Positions 62,427 through 64,000 of a DNA stretch of 64,000 bases are shown here, piece by piece. The notes under the pieces were generated by a model, which had not been told where the DNA came from, ran no database searches, and saw nothing but the letters and a program-made list of their open reading frames with translations. The translations under genes were made by a program, and so were the position numbers. Source of the DNA: Paracoccaceae bacterium (GTDB taxonomy: Bacteria > Pseudomonadota > Alphaproteobacteria > Rhodobacterales > Rhodobacteraceae). The first letter of the stretch is position 1. Each line of letters begins with the position of its first letter. The stretch spans positions 19,364 to 83,363 of the forward strand of contig JADLCV010000127.1 in the NCBI GenBank assembly GCA_020846995.1, given 5' to 3'.

Positions 62427-64000
62427 CTAGAAGGCGTCGGCGGCGAGCGCCATCACCGTCCCGCCGCCGGCGCGGATGCGGGCGAGGTGGAGCGCGGTCG
62501 CCGGCATCTCGCGCGCCATCCAGTGGCGCCCGGTGACGAGCTTGGCCTCGAGGAAGGCGCGCTCGCCGCGGCCGGCCGCGAGCCCCGCCCGCGCCGCCGT
62601 CGCGATCCGTGCCCACATCAGCCCGAGGGCGACGTGGCCCATGAGGTGCAGGAAGTCGGTCGCCCCGGCGAGGGCGTCGTCGGGATCCTTCGCGCCCGCC
62701 GCGGCGAGGACGGCGAGGGCCGCCTCGAGATCGGCCGCGGCGGCGGCGAGCGGAGCGCCGAAGTCGGGCTCGGCCGCCGCCGCGGCCGCCTTCGCGAGGG
62801 CGAGGAAGGCGAGGACGTGCCGGCCCCCCTCGGCCGGCAGCTTGCGGCCGACGAGGTCGAGCGCCTGGATGCCGTTCGCGCCCTCGTAGATCATCGCCAC
62901 GCGGGCGTCGCGGACGAACTGGGCGAGCCCGTTGTCCTCGATGTAGCCGTGCCCGCCCCAGACCTGCTGGGCGGCGACGCAGGCGGCAAAGCTCCGGTCG
63001 GTGAGAAAGCCCTTGACCACCGGCACCATGAGGGCGACCAGGCCCTCGGCCGCGGGGTCGGTCCCGGCGCGGTCGCGGTCGATGAGGAGCGCCGTCCACA
63101 GGGCGAGCGCCCGGGCGCCCTCGACGAAGGCGCGGATGTCCATGAGCGTCCGCCGCACGTCGGGGTGGACGATCAGGGGATCGGCGGGGCCGCCGGGGTT
63201 CGCGGGCCCCCGGACGGCGCGGCCCTGGAGGCGCTCGCGGGCATAGCCGGCGGCCGCCTGCCCGGCCGCGACGGCCTGGCCGAGGCCCTGGAGGCCGACC
63301 CACAGGCGGGCCGCGTTCATCATCGTGAACATGGCCGGCATGCCCTTGTGGCGCTCGCCCACGAGCCAGCCGGTCGCGCCGTCGAGCCGCATCTCGCAGG
63401 TCGGGCTGGCGTGGATGCCCATCTTGTGCTCGAGCCGGACGGCGGCGAGCGCGTTCCTCGCCCCCGGCCGCCCCAGGGCGTCGGGCAGGAACTTCGGGAC
63501 GATGAAGAGCGAGAGCCCCCGCGTCCCCGGCCCGCCCCCGGGGGTGCGGGCGAGCACGAGGTGGACGATGTTCTCGGCGAGGTCGTGGTCGCCGGCCGAG
63601 ATGAAGATCTTGGTGCCGCTGAGCCGCCAGCTGCCATCGGCGGCCGGCTCGGCGCGGGTGGCGATGAGGCCGAGGTCGGTGCCGCACTGGGGCTCGGTCA
63701 GCTGCATCGTGCCCGTCCAGTCGCCGGCCACCAGCCGCGGCAGATAGAGCGCCTTGGTGGCCGCCGTGCCATGGGCGGCGATCGCGCCCGCGGCCCCGTG
63801 GCTCAGCCCGGCGAACATCTGGAAGGCCATGTTGGCGGCGGTGAACATCTCGCCCACCGCCGTCTGCACGACATGGGGCATGCCCTGCCCGCCATGGGCG
63901 GGATCGGCGTCGAGCGACGTCCAGCCGCCTGCCTTCAGGGCCGCCCAGGCGGCGAGAAAGCCCGTCGCCGTGACGACGACGCCGTTCTCGAGCCGGCAGC
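62427..64000 (-). CDS. Long acyl-CoA dehydrogenase (about 590-aa class); the 5' end lies beyond the right edge
   Basis: LTEPQCGTDLG...SGTKIFISAGDHD...LSLFIVPKF...GGHGYIEDNGLAQFVRDARVAMIYEGANGIQALDLVGRK. The frame stays open upstream of the tracked ATG 63881 (…GWTSLDADPAHGGQGMPHVV) to the window end. Confidence 0.9.
   Translation of the reverse strand, partial: CRLENGVVVTATGFLAAWAALKAGGWTSLDADPAHGGQGMPHVVQTAVGEMFTAANMAFQMFAGLSHGAAGAIAAHGTAATKALYLPRLVAGDWTGTMQLTEPQCGTDLGLIATRAEPAADGSWRLSGTKIFISAGDHDLAENIVHLVLARTPGGGPGTRGLSLFIVPKFLPDALGRPGARNALAAVRLEHKMGIHASPTCEMRLDGATGWLVGERHKGMPAMFTMMNAARLWVGLQGLGQAVAAGQAAAGYARERLQGRAVRGPANPGGPADPLIVHPDVRRTLMDIRAFVEGARALALWTALLIDRDRAGTDPAAEGLVALMVPVVKGFLTDRSFAACVAAQQVWGGHGYIEDNGLAQFVRDARVAMIYEGANGIQALDLVGRKLPAEGGRHVLAFLALAKAAAAAAEPDFGAPLAAAAADLEAALAVLAAAGAKDPDDALAGATDFLHLMGHVALGLMWARIATAARAGLAAGRGERAFLEAKLVTGRHWMAREMPATALHLARIRAGGGTVMALAADAF

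Noticed and set aside
1-64000. tRNA, rRNA, tmRNA, RNase P or CRISPR features
   Set aside because: Scanning for T-loop-like GGTTCGA(A/G)TCC motifs found only in-frame coding occurrences (for example 35770 and 48415). No regularly spaced identical repeats and no rRNA-like low-GC blocks were seen.

Overview
High-GC (about 70% or more by eye) chromosomal segment whose gene order looks like an alphaproteobacterium of the Rhodobacterales type. About 53 protein-coding genes are supported. Most long ORFs in the six-frame track are high-GC shadow ORFs (R/G/P/A-rich, antisense or out of frame with real genes) and were discarded. I found no rRNA, tRNA, CRISPR array, transposase, integrase or phage gene. 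Layout: (1) 1-23.6 kb is housekeeping: pmbA fragment, DUF2125-like, flavoprotein, EamA, DUF1674, rsmB-like, heparinase II/III-like, purH, lspA, DUF3035 lipoprotein, two M16 peptidases, mutL, rbfA, truB, rpsO. Several orphan secreted proteins are wedged in: an AlgG-like C5-epimerase, a DUF2233-like protein and a membrane-anchored RTX repeat protein. (2) 24-45 kb is accessory and catabolic: rhodanese-ChrB/chrA; a TetR module; a peptide-type ABC operon; a dimethylglycine-dehydrogenase-like gene; and a GntR-controlled operon of fused hydantoinase A/B + TRAP transporter + ICL/PEP-mutase-family enzyme. (3) asd, followed by a LysR-controlled ABC + AstE-like deacylase + three-subunit HcnABC/opine-oxidase-like cluster. 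(4) A beta-oxidation operon with embedded GST, cupin and a small RHH-like ORF. No defence-like or mobile system is evident. The best candidates for undescribed biology are the two uncharacterised catabolic modules, the mutL-coupled orphan epimerase, an in-frame TAG in a bactofilin-like membrane protein, and structured intergenic repeats: a duplicated double hairpin with wobble and loop variation, and GGGG(CG)nCCCC palindromes. All functional calls come from remembered family motifs, not database searches.
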